Assembly (NCBI GenBank): GCA_942493095.1
Contig: OW818675.1
Span: 810,001 to 842,000, forward strand
DNA: 32,000 bases
Direction: 5' to 3'
DNA from: Candidatus Electronema halotolerans
GTDB taxonomy: Bacteria; Desulfobacterota; Desulfobulbia; Desulfobulbales; Desulfobulbaceae
In this document: positions 1 through 7,168 of the stretch, piece after piece
How positions within the stretch are numbered: position 1 is the first letter of the stretch
Layout of the letters: the number at the start of each line of letters is the position of its first letter
The notes under the pieces: generated by a model
What the model saw: the letters and a program-made list of their open reading frames with translations, nothing else
Told to the model about the DNA's origin: nothing
Databases searched by the model: none
Translations under genes and position numbers: made by a program

Positions 1-856
1 CCTCCATGCGGACTTGGCAGCGGTCGTAGCTGTCGCCTGTGCTGCCGAGCGGAATGTCGAAATCAAACTGCTCGTAGATCGAATAGGGATCGTTGCGGCG
101 GATATCGTAGTTGACCCCGGAACCGCGCAGCACTGGCCCGGTGCAGCCATAAGAAAGGGCTTTCTCTGGCGAGAGAATACCTATTCCCTTGGTGCGCTCC
201 AAGAAGATGATGTTTTTGTTGAGCAGGGTTTGGTATTCGTCCAACTGCTTGCGCAAAAGAGGAATCAGGCTTTTGATGCGAGGAATGAAGCCATCCGGCA
301 CATCTGCCGAGGCACCGCCGGGCCGGAAATAGTTCACAGTCAGGCGTGCGCCGCAGAGTTCTTCAAAAATATCGTTGATCAGCTCGCGCTCGCGGAAGCC
401 ATAAAAATAGGTGGTGAAGGCACCCATGTCCATGCCGAGAACACCCCACCAAAGCAGGTGCGACTGGAGCCGTTGCAACTCGCTGACCATGACCCGGATG
501 TATTCGCCGCGCTCCGGCACACCGATGTTCAATGCTTTTTCAACGGTCATGCAGAGGCAGAGATTGTTGAAAAAGGCGGACAGATAGTCGAGCCGGTCAG
601 ACAGGTGGATGTTCTGGATGTATGTCTGGCTTTCCGCCATCTTCTCGATGCCACGATGGATGTAGCCAAGATGCGGCACCACTTCCACGACGGTCTCGCC
701 GTTGAGCCGGACCACCACCCGGAGTACGCCGTGGGTGCTGGGATGCTGCGGCCCGATGTTGACAAAGAAGTCTTCCGCTTCGCTGTCCTCGGATAATGGC
801 AGCTTGAAGCCTTCCGGTAACGGACTGGCAGATATGCCTACTGTTTCTGTTTGCAT
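1..856 (-). CDS. nuoD: NADH-quinone oxidoreductase subunit D (partial, runs off left edge)
   Basis: Reverse strand from ATG at 856 reads MQTETVGISASPLPEGFKLPLSEDSEAEDFFVNIGPQHPSTHGVLRVVVRLNGETVVEVVPHLGYIHRGIEKMAES..., a classic NuoD N-terminus. No stop before the edge, so it is absent from the ORF track. Confidence 0.96.
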   Translation of the reverse strand, partial: MQTETVGISASPLPEGFKLPLSEDSEAEDFFVNIGPQHPSTHGVLRVVVRLNGETVVEVVPHLGYIHRGIEKMAESQTYIQNIHLSDRLDYLSAFFNNLCLCMTVEKALNIGVPERGEYIRVMVSELQRLQSHLLWWGVLGMDMGAFTTYFYGFRERELINDIFEELCGARLTVNYFRPGGASADVPDGFIPRIKSLIPLLRKQLDEYQTLLNKNIIFLERTKGIGILSPEKALSYGCTGPVLRGSGVNYDIRRNDPYSIYEQFDFDIPLGSTGDSYDRCQVRME

Positions 857-893
857 CTCATTCTCTCAGTTCAGGCGGCAACAGCAATGAATT

Positions 894-1286
894 TCATATC
901 TCGGTCAAATAGCTGCTCATGATTTCGTCCAGCACTTCCGGCAAGGCAGGAGTTACAGCAAAAATGATTCCCGTGACTGTATGTTTATGTTCAGAAAAAC
1001 CAAGGGCAGGTTTATGGGCAGCATTGTTATAGCGAAATCGTAGCATGGCATCAGCATTCTGATAATGAAATGAATACATTTTTCTGTCAAGGCCATGCCG
1101 GAGATCAAGATACTCTTTGAAAAAAAGCGTTGAACCGTCGGTAAAAGTCACAATTCCTTTCAGCAGACCGAGCTGTTCTGTTCGCATATCTGCGGTCAGC
1201 TCAGAATGAACAAGCAGTTCACTGCGGCTGAACTCCGCAAGAACATTCTGAATATCAAGGACATATTCACTGAACAGCATACTCAA
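894..1286 (-). CDS. TumE-like (DUF6516) toxin-antitoxin system protein
   Basis: 130 aa ORF with FTDGSTLFFKEYLDL...YSFHYQNADAMLRFRYNNAAHKP...HKHT, matching my knowledge of the TumE/DUF6516 family. Overlaps the upstream 97 aa ORF. Confidence 0.7.
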   Translation of the reverse strand: MSMLFSEYVLDIQNVLAEFSRSELLVHSELTADMRTEQLGLLKGIVTFTDGSTLFFKEYLDLRHGLDRKMYSFHYQNADAMLRFRYNNAAHKPALGFSEHKHTVTGIIFAVTPALPEVLDEIMSSYLTEI

Positions 1287-1560
1287 TCTGTTGCAGCAGA
1301 TGGAGTTCTTCCAACACCGCTTGACGGATATTGATTTCTCCCATCCAGCTTACATAATCATCATCTCCGCCTGCCAAATCTTCCGCTGAACAGTCGTTCT
1401 GAAATTGTTCTGAAGACATATTGTATTTTTCTTCAAATTTCTGAATTTCTTTTTCTGTTTTCCGCAGGCCGATTTCGATGCGCCTCATTTTGGCGGCAAT
1501 GGCGGATTGAATAACAGGAAGTGCATTCTGCTGATCAGAAGCAATATGAAGCCGTATCAT
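1267..1560 (-). CDS. Small protein overlapping the TumE-like gene; probable partner/antitoxin
   Basis: 97 aa ORF with a coiled-coil-like segment (RRIEIGLRKTEKEIQKFEEKY), same strand, 20-nt overlap with the TumE-like gene. Confidence 0.5.
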   Translation of the reverse strand: MIRLHIASDQQNALPVIQSAIAAKMRRIEIGLRKTEKEIQKFEEKYNMSSEQFQNDCSAEDLAGGDDDYVSWMGEINIRQAVLEELHLLQQIEYAVQ

Positions 1561-1579
1561 TTTTTCTATCCTTATGACT

Positions 1580-1996
1580 TTAGCTGTCCAGCACCTTGCC
1601 TCGCAACTGCTTGATTCTGCCCTGCCGTGTCTTCCTTTCCAAGCGTTTTTTCTGAGCTGCCTGTGTTATTCTGGTCGGCCTGCGCACTTTCTGCACAACC
1701 ATCGCCCTTTTGATCAAATCCCGCAGCCGCTCCAGCGCATCCTGCCGGTTCTGCTCCTGAGTCCGATATTGCTGGGCCTTGATGATTACCACGCCGTCCT
1801 TGCTCACCCGCGCATCGTTGAGGCAAAGCAAACGCTGCTTGCAGTGATCGGGCAGCGATGAGGCGTTGATGTCAAAACGCAGATGAATCGCTGAGGCAAC
1901 TTTGTTGACGTTCTGCCCGCCCGCTCCCTGCGCCCGGATGGCCAGCAGCTCAATCTCATGATGAGGAATGGAAATATTACGGGAAATGTGAAGCAT
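1580..1996 (-). CDS. arfB: Alternative ribosome-rescue factor ArfB (YaeJ-like peptidyl-tRNA hydrolase)
   Basis: 138 aa with the RF-1 GGQ motif in context IRAQGAGGQNVNKVASAIHLRFDI and a basic C-terminal tail. Confidence 0.9.
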   Translation of the reverse strand: MLHISRNISIPHHEIELLAIRAQGAGGQNVNKVASAIHLRFDINASSLPDHCKQRLLCLNDARVSKDGVVIIKAQQYRTQEQNRQDALERLRDLIKRAMVVQKVRRPTRITQAAQKKRLERKTRQGRIKQLRGKVLDS

Positions 1997-1999
1997 GTT

Positions 2000-2050
2000 T
2001 CAATACGGCCTTTTCACCACCCGAGTCGGGTCGTCATAATCCTTGCGCAG
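2000..2050. repeat. 51-bp direct repeat, distal copy (orphan copy of the nuoBC 3' end)
   Basis: TCAATACGGCCTTTTCACCACCCGAGTCGGGTCGTCATAATCCTTGCGCAG, identical to 2784..2834. Confidence 0.97.
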
Positions 2051-2056
2051 TCAGCT

Positions 2057-2455
2057 TCATGAACGCAACTTTTCGCTAACTGCTTCATGAATTTTTTCTG
2101 CAATCTCAAGAAGGGACATTGCTTGCTCTTTGCTTGGCAAGCCTGAAGGGAGCAAGCCGAAACTGCCGGGATATCTTGTATCAATGTACACATCATCAAT
2201 CAAATCAAGCTCGTCTGCCGTCACTGGCAAAGTAATACCAGTGCTCTCAACAACCAAGTTGTGCAGCCTGTTCACGCCATGAATCTTTGGAACATTCTGG
2301 CCATTTTCTTCCAAAAGTGCTTTCAAGGATTTTTCCACACATTGCTGTGAGTGAAACAAAACAATATTTGCAAGATATTCACTTTCAGCAAGTTTCATCG
2401 CTGCATCAATATCTCTTGAGGCAAATTCAAGCCATGCTTTTGTCTGCTCTTTCAT
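2057..2455 (-). CDS. HEPN domain protein
   Basis: 132 aa; WLEFASRDIDAAMKLAES...HSQQCVEKSLKALLEENG...DTRYPGSFG is typical of small HEPN proteins. Overlaps the MNT gene at an ATGA junction (2452-2455). Confidence 0.85.
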   Translation of the reverse strand: MKEQTKAWLEFASRDIDAAMKLAESEYLANIVLFHSQQCVEKSLKALLEENGQNVPKIHGVNRLHNLVVESTGITLPVTADELDLIDDVYIDTRYPGSFGLLPSGLPSKEQAMSLLEIAEKIHEAVSEKLRS

Positions 2456-2784
2456 GCCAAGCGAATGCCTTCCTGCTCAATCTGCTTAATGAATGAACTG
2501 CCGGAATTTTTTAGCGCAGCCCATTCATCTTTTGTATAAACAAGCAGATCAATTGGAATCTTTTTTCTCAATTCCCGCAGGCGCATGGAAACAGTTTTTT
2601 TGTTTTCCAGCACTTCGGCATAACTGACGCTCATCCCTTCTTTGTCAAGGATAACCAGCAGATCAACATCGCTTTCCTCTTGCGCGGCCTCATGAGCATA
2701 GGAGCCAAAAATCAGCACTTGGTGAAAAGGCTGATTTTTGAAAATATCTATCAGCTCCTGTTTGATTGTCTTAAAATCAAGCAT
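2452..2784 (-). CDS. Minimal nucleotidyltransferase (MNT) domain protein
   Basis: FGSYAHEAAQEESDVDLLVILD matches the GSx10DxD nucleotidyltransferase motif. The ATG at 2784 is preferred over the in-frame TTG at 2787 given in the ORF track. Confidence 0.87.
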   Translation of the reverse strand: MLDFKTIKQELIDIFKNQPFHQVLIFGSYAHEAAQEESDVDLLVILDKEGMSVSYAEVLENKKTVSMRLRELRKKIPIDLLVYTKDEWAALKNSGSSFIKQIEQEGIRLA

Positions 2785-2834
2785 CAATACGGCCTTTTCA
2801 CCACCCGAGTCGGGTCGTCATAATCCTTGCGCAG
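2784..2834. repeat. 51-bp direct repeat, proximal copy (functional 3' end of nuoBC)
   Basis: Perfect match to 2000..2050. Reverse strand encodes [16 protein letters not shown]. Confidence 0.97.
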
Positions 2835-4058
2835 CGGGTAGCCGGGAAACTCATTTTCCAAGAAAATGCGGCGCAGGTCAGGATGATTGCTGAAGCGGAC
2901 ACCGAACATGTCATAGGCCTCGCGCTCATGCCATTCCGCGCTGCGATAGAGATCAGAAATAGTTACCACTTCTGCATCACCGCTGGCCGGGTCTTTTTCA
3001 GCCCGACTGCGGAAAAAGAGCTTGTGGCCGTCCCGGACCGAAAGAAGCTGGACCACAACATCAAAATATTCCTGCCAATCCACGCAGGTGAGCTGAATGA
3101 GCAGGTCCAGGCCGAGGCTTTGCTCATGGCGCAGATATTCAGCAAAAGCCCGGTACTGCTCCGGTGGCACAGCCAGATCAAGGATGTAATCCGGCCCCAG
3201 CTCCGCAACTGCTTTTGGACTGATTCCCGGATGATCATGCACTTCAACTGCCGGGAATTTTTCCTGCACTGTTTGCAGCAACGTCCAGTTGCTGATGCCT
3301 TTGGCAATCTGCTTTTTCCGGGAGAGCGCAGGGAAGGTCTCCTTTTTCACGCGGCTCGGTTTGGGAGCAGCACTCTTGGGATTCTCGCGCTGAAACTGCT
3401 CTCTGGCATCGCGCAGCTCCTCATCCCGCTGTTGTTCATAAGCTGCCCATTTTTCCTGCGCTTTGGCAAAGAGATTTTCAATAGGCGTTTGCACAAGGCT
3501 GCCGACTTTCCACGGACGGCGGCGGCCTTCCTTCTTGATCTTCTCCTGCAACTGCATGATGCCTTGCAGCAGGGCTTCGGGCCGGGGCGGGCAGCCGGGA
3601 ATATAGACATCCACAGGCACCAGCCGGTCGCCGCCTTTGATCACCGAATACGAATCATAATAAAACGGCCCGCCAGAGATGGCGCAGGAACCCATAGCCA
3701 GAATGTATTTCGGCGCAGGCATCTGCTCGTAGAGGGTGACGAGATTTTTGGCCATCTTCTCGTTGATGGTGCCGGCAAGGATGATCATATCCGCCTGTCG
3801 GACACTGGCCCGCATGACCTCATGGCCGAAACGGGCCAGATCGTGCCGGGCCGCCGCAGTGGACATCATTTCAATGGCGCAGCAGGAGGTGCCATAGACT
3901 AATGGCCAGATCGAATTGGCCCGACCCCACGCCACCAGCAGTTCAACTGCGTCAACTAACTTTACACCGCCGGGAATTTGTTCGATCAGATCGCCGGTCT
4001 GGCGGACCAAGGCGGACGCGCCGTTGTTCACTCCCATACCAGAACTCCTTTGCGCCAT
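2784..4058 (-). CDS. Fused NADH-quinone oxidoreductase subunits B and C
   Basis: N-terminal half is NuoB-like with the Fe-S ligand context [35 protein letters not shown]-terminal half is NuoC-like ([29 protein letters not shown]...PLRKDYDD). The real start may be the internal ATG at 4037. Confidence 0.95.
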   Translation of the reverse strand: MAQRSSGMGVNNGASALVRQTGDLIEQIPGGVKLVDAVELLVAWGRANSIWPLVYGTSCCAIEMMSTAAARHDLARFGHEVMRASVRQADMIILAGTINEKMAKNLVTLYEQMPAPKYILAMGSCAISGGPFYYDSYSVIKGGDRLVPVDVYIPGCPPRPEALLQGIMQLQEKIKKEGRRRPWKVGSLVQTPIENLFAKAQEKWAAYEQQRDEELRDAREQFQRENPKSAAPKPSRVKKETFPALSRKKQIAKGISNWTLLQTVQEKFPAVEVHDHPGISPKAVAELGPDYILDLAVPPEQYRAFAEYLRHEQSLGLDLLIQLTCVDWQEYFDVVVQLLSVRDGHKLFFRSRAEKDPASGDAEVVTISDLYRSAEWHEREAYDMFGVRFSNHPDLRRIFLENEFPGYPLRKDYDDPTRVVKRPY

Positions 4059-4411
4059 GCGTAAATCAGGCCGGAAAAGAGAATAAACATGAAACAGAAC
4101 AGCTCCACGTAAATCAGGTTGATAGTGACCCCGCCTGCCGCGCCTTCAGTGGCGGCCCGAAAAATTTTCATGCAGGGAAACAGGAAAAGTGATTCAATAT
4201 CAAAAAGGAGAAAGAGCAGGGCGAAAATGTAGTAGGCGACTTTGAAGCGGATGCGGGCATCGCCAATGGGTGTTTCCGAGCATTCATACGCCTGCCGTTT
4301 GCGCAGACTCTCCGGCGAGCGGTAGGCAAGCAGCTTGGCAAGCAGAATGGCTCCGCCTGCGAAGAGGGTGCCGAGAAAGGCAGTGCAACCGATCAGAATA
4401 TAACTGTCCAT
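4028..4411 (-). CDS. nuoA: NADH-quinone oxidoreductase subunit A
   Basis: 127 aa with [42 protein letters not shown], a NuoA signature. Confidence 0.96.
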   Translation of the reverse strand: MDSYILIGCTAFLGTLFAGGAILLAKLLAYRSPESLRKRQAYECSETPIGDARIRFKVAYYIFALLFLLFDIESLFLFPCMKIFRAATEGAAGGVTINLIYVELFCFMFILFSGLIYAWRKGVLVWE

Positions 4412-4716
4412 AAGACGTTGTCAGTGCTGAATTGAAACAGCTTTCAGGCTGGATGATTCTTTCCCAGTGAAGATCAAAATGGCCTGATTGTCAAGGAGAA
4501 AAAATATTACATTTTTGTCTGAACATTTGCCGCCGCAAGATTCATTGAAACAATATCTTGTTATTTTTCACAAAAACGCATGTTTTGCATTGCGTGACGC
4601 TTGAAAAATTTTTTAATTATACGCCTCCAGTTTTGCCCTGTCAAATAGATAATAGTTATAAACAAGATTAACTTGACTGATGACCATTTTTTCGGCCTGC
4701 CAGCAGCGATGCCCGC

Positions 4717-6219
4717 TTGACGCGGCCTGCGATGACAGAGTATGATTTCTCAAACTTTTTTACTACTGACCAACGCAGCATGTTGACTACAATGAACATA
4801 CGGCTGCCCAGACTCTTGCGCGGCACTGTCGCGGCACTGGCGGCTGTCCAGCTCCTCCTGCCGCCTCCCGCGCAGAGCTTCAGCATTGGCGAGGAACGGC
4901 TGATCGGCGAACAGCTCCTCTATGCGGTTCGCAGTGAATTCAAGGTGCTTGATGACCCGGACATTGCCCAGTACATCAACGGACTGGGCAGACAGGTGCT
5001 GGCCGCCGCCGGGCCGCAGTATTTTGATTATCATTTTTTTGTGATCAAAAATGAGGAGTTCAACGCCTTTGCCGCGCCCTCCGGCCTGATCTTCTTCAAC
5101 AGCGGCCTGATCAGCACCATGAAGAATGAGGATCAGTTAGTCAGCGTCATGGCCCATGAAGTCGGCCACGTGGTCAGCCGTCATATTGCCTCGCGCATGG
5201 CCAAGCAGGGCAAAGTGACGGCTCTCAGCATGTTGTTCGGCTTGGCCAGTTTGGCCGCAGGCAGCCCGGCTTTGACCCAAGGAATCCTCACCGGAGCAAT
5301 GGCCGCAGGCGCGACCGCAGGTCTGAGTTTTTCCCGTCAGGATGAGGAGCAGGCCGACCGGCTGGCCTTTGATTGGCTGCGGGCAATGGGCCGTGATCCT
5401 GAGGCAATGGAGGCCATGCTCAAGACCATGCGCCGGATCAGCCGCTACCGCTCCGAGCAGCTGCCGCCGTATCTGCTCACCCATCCCAACCCTGAAGACC
5501 GGCTTCATTATGTCCAGTCCCTGTTGGAGCTTGAGCACCGCCAGTCCGTGAAAAAGCATCGGAGCAGGCCGCGCCCAAAAGACAGTTTTCCCTTTCTCCG
5601 CTTCAAGTACCGGGTGCTGAGTCTGGCCTTGGAGCCGGAGGACATGCGCCGCTGGTGCGCCAGCATCATTGCCTCGGACAACAAAGAGGAAAGCGGCATG
5701 GCCCGCTACGGGCTGGCTCTGCTCAGTGCCAGAGATATGAATTTCAGCAAGGCTGTCGAGCAGATGGAGCAGGTGCGGCGCGAATATCCGGGCAGAGACA
5801 TTCTTGATATTGATCTGGCTGTGCTCTATGTAGAAGCAGGGCGGATGGACAAGGCCTTGGCCATGCTGCGTCAAGCGCACCAGCGTGATCCGGCAGACAG
5901 TTACGCCGCCTTTCATCTGGCTGAGGCCTTGGAGAAAAGCGGCAGCTTGGCTGAGGCGGAGCGGCTCTATCTGCAAACGGCCAAGGCCATGCCGGATTAT
6001 GCCCAAGTCTATTATGAGCTGGGCCGTCTCAAGTCCCGGCAGGGCAGGGCCGAGGTCAGCAATTTTTATTTGGCCAAGTATTATCTGTACGAAGGCCGGG
6101 TCAAGCAGGCCCAGCAGTATCTGCGCAAGGCGGAAAAAAATCAGAGCCTGCCGCCTGAGCTGCGGAACGAGGCCAAAGCGATTCTGGAGCGGTTGAAAAA
6201 AATCGAGGATGCCTCCTGA
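4717..6219 (+). CDS. M48-family metalloprotease with C-terminal TPRs (BepA-like), secreted
   Basis: MAHEVGHVVSRHIAS zinc motif, QEEQADRLAFDWL and TPR-like repeats. The signal-peptide-like start MNIRLPRLLRGTVAALAAVQLLLPP suggests a true start at ATG 4792. Confidence 0.92.
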   Translation: MTRPAMTEYDFSNFFTTDQRSMLTTMNIRLPRLLRGTVAALAAVQLLLPPPAQSFSIGEERLIGEQLLYAVRSEFKVLDDPDIAQYINGLGRQVLAAAGPQYFDYHFFVIKNEEFNAFAAPSGLIFFNSGLISTMKNEDQLVSVMAHEVGHVVSRHIASRMAKQGKVTALSMLFGLASLAAGSPALTQGILTGAMAAGATAGLSFSRQDEEQADRLAFDWLRAMGRDPEAMEAMLKTMRRISRYRSEQLPPYLLTHPNPEDRLHYVQSLLELEHRQSVKKHRSRPRPKDSFPFLRFKYRVLSLALEPEDMRRWCASIIASDNKEESGMARYGLALLSARDMNFSKAVEQMEQVRREYPGRDILDIDLAVLYVEAGRMDKALAMLRQAHQRDPADSYAAFHLAEALEKSGSLAEAERLYLQTAKAMPDYAQVYYELGRLKSRQGRAEVSNFYLAKYYLYEGRVKQAQQYLRKAEKNQSLPPELRNEAKAILERLKKIEDAS

Positions 6220-6676
6220 ACAAGGAGCGGCGCAAGCGAATACTTTCACATCAAAGGCGAATGCTATGCTGAGACGTTTCTCCGTTTCCCTTGAGGAGCA
6301 GCTGCTGGAGCAGTTTGACGAGTACATCAAAACCCACGGCTATTCCAACCGCTCCGAGGCGGTGCGCGATCTGATCCGGGCCAGACTGATCAACGAGGAG
6401 TGGGAGCAGGACAGCGAGGTGGTCGGCGTGGTCTCCTTGGTCTATGATCATCATCAGGCCAATCTGCAAGACCGGATCACCGAGGTGCAGCACGACTACT
6501 ACCAGTTCATCACCTCTTCGACCCATGTCCACATGGATCATCACAACTGCTTGGAAGTGACCATTGTCAAAGGAAAAGCTTCCAAAGTGCGCGAGCTGTC
6601 AGAACGAATGATCGCCCTGCGCGGGGTCAAGAGCGGCAATTTGACCATGACCTGCACCGGCGACGGGCTGCATTGA
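6209..6676 (+). CDS. nikR: Nickel-responsive transcriptional regulator, NikR-like
   Basis: Ribbon-helix-helix RRFSVSLEEQLLEQFDEYIKTHGYSNRSEAVRDLIR plus metal-binding ACT-like domain with STHVHMDHHNCLEVTIVKG. The true start is probably ATG 6266. Confidence 0.92.
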   Translation: MPPEQGAAQANTFTSKANAMLRRFSVSLEEQLLEQFDEYIKTHGYSNRSEAVRDLIRARLINEEWEQDSEVVGVVSLVYDHHQANLQDRITEVQHDYYQFITSSTHVHMDHHNCLEVTIVKGKASKVRELSERMIALRGVKSGNLTMTCTGDGLH

Positions 6677-7131
6677 ATAAAGAGAGGAAAATCATGGAAT
6701 ACCGAAGCGGCACAGTTGGCAGGGTGATTGCGGTTCGTTTTGATCATGGCGAGGATTTTCTTGCCGGGCTGAAGGAACTCGTTCTGCGGGAAAAAATTGA
6801 GAGCGGCTGGTTTCAGATCATTGGCGCGTTCATGCAGGCTGGAACCGTGATCGGCCCGCGTGAGCCGGTGGTACCGCCGGAGCCAGTCTGGCGGAAAATT
6901 GATTCCGTCTCCGAGGTGCTGGGCAGCGGCTCGGTGCATCTGGATCAGGGCGAGCCAAAGATTCATCTTCATGCTGCCTTGGGAAATCACGGCGAGACCC
7001 TGACCGGCTGTGTGCGCAAAGACACCAGAGTCTATCTGACCTTGGAGCTGCTGCTGTTTGAACTGAAGGGTCTGGGGGCGGCAAGGCCTTGGCATGAAGC
7101 AGGAGGTTTCAGCCGCTTGGAATTCAAATGA
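6673..7131 (+). CDS. PPC/DUF296 domain-containing protein
   Basis: 152 aa; GRVIAVRFDHGEDFLAGLKEL...GWFQIIGAF...SGSVHLDQGEPKIHLHAALG...EGxx-like C-terminus. ATGA overlap with nikR. Confidence 0.82.
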   Translation: MNKERKIMEYRSGTVGRVIAVRFDHGEDFLAGLKELVLREKIESGWFQIIGAFMQAGTVIGPREPVVPPEPVWRKIDSVSEVLGSGSVHLDQGEPKIHLHAALGNHGETLTGCVRKDTRVYLTLELLLFELKGLGAARPWHEAGGFSRLEFK

Positions 7132-7168
7132 AAGCAAAATTACACCAAGAGCTTGACACCTGCGTTCT

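Noticed and set aside
14-796. 260-aa plus-strand ORF
   Set aside because: Antisense shadow of nuoD, whose reverse-strand translation is unambiguous.
2000-2834. IS element or integron-like cassette
   Set aside because: No transposase or integrase, no terminal inverted repeats; only the 51-bp direct repeat derived from nuoBC.
2883-3902. 339-aa plus-strand ORF
   Set aside because: Antisense to the well-supported nuoBC fusion; a long open frame caused by codon bias.
5137-6330. 397-aa minus-strand ORF
   Set aside because: Lies antisense to the M48/TPR protease gene, which has clear motifs; no recognisable protein signature.
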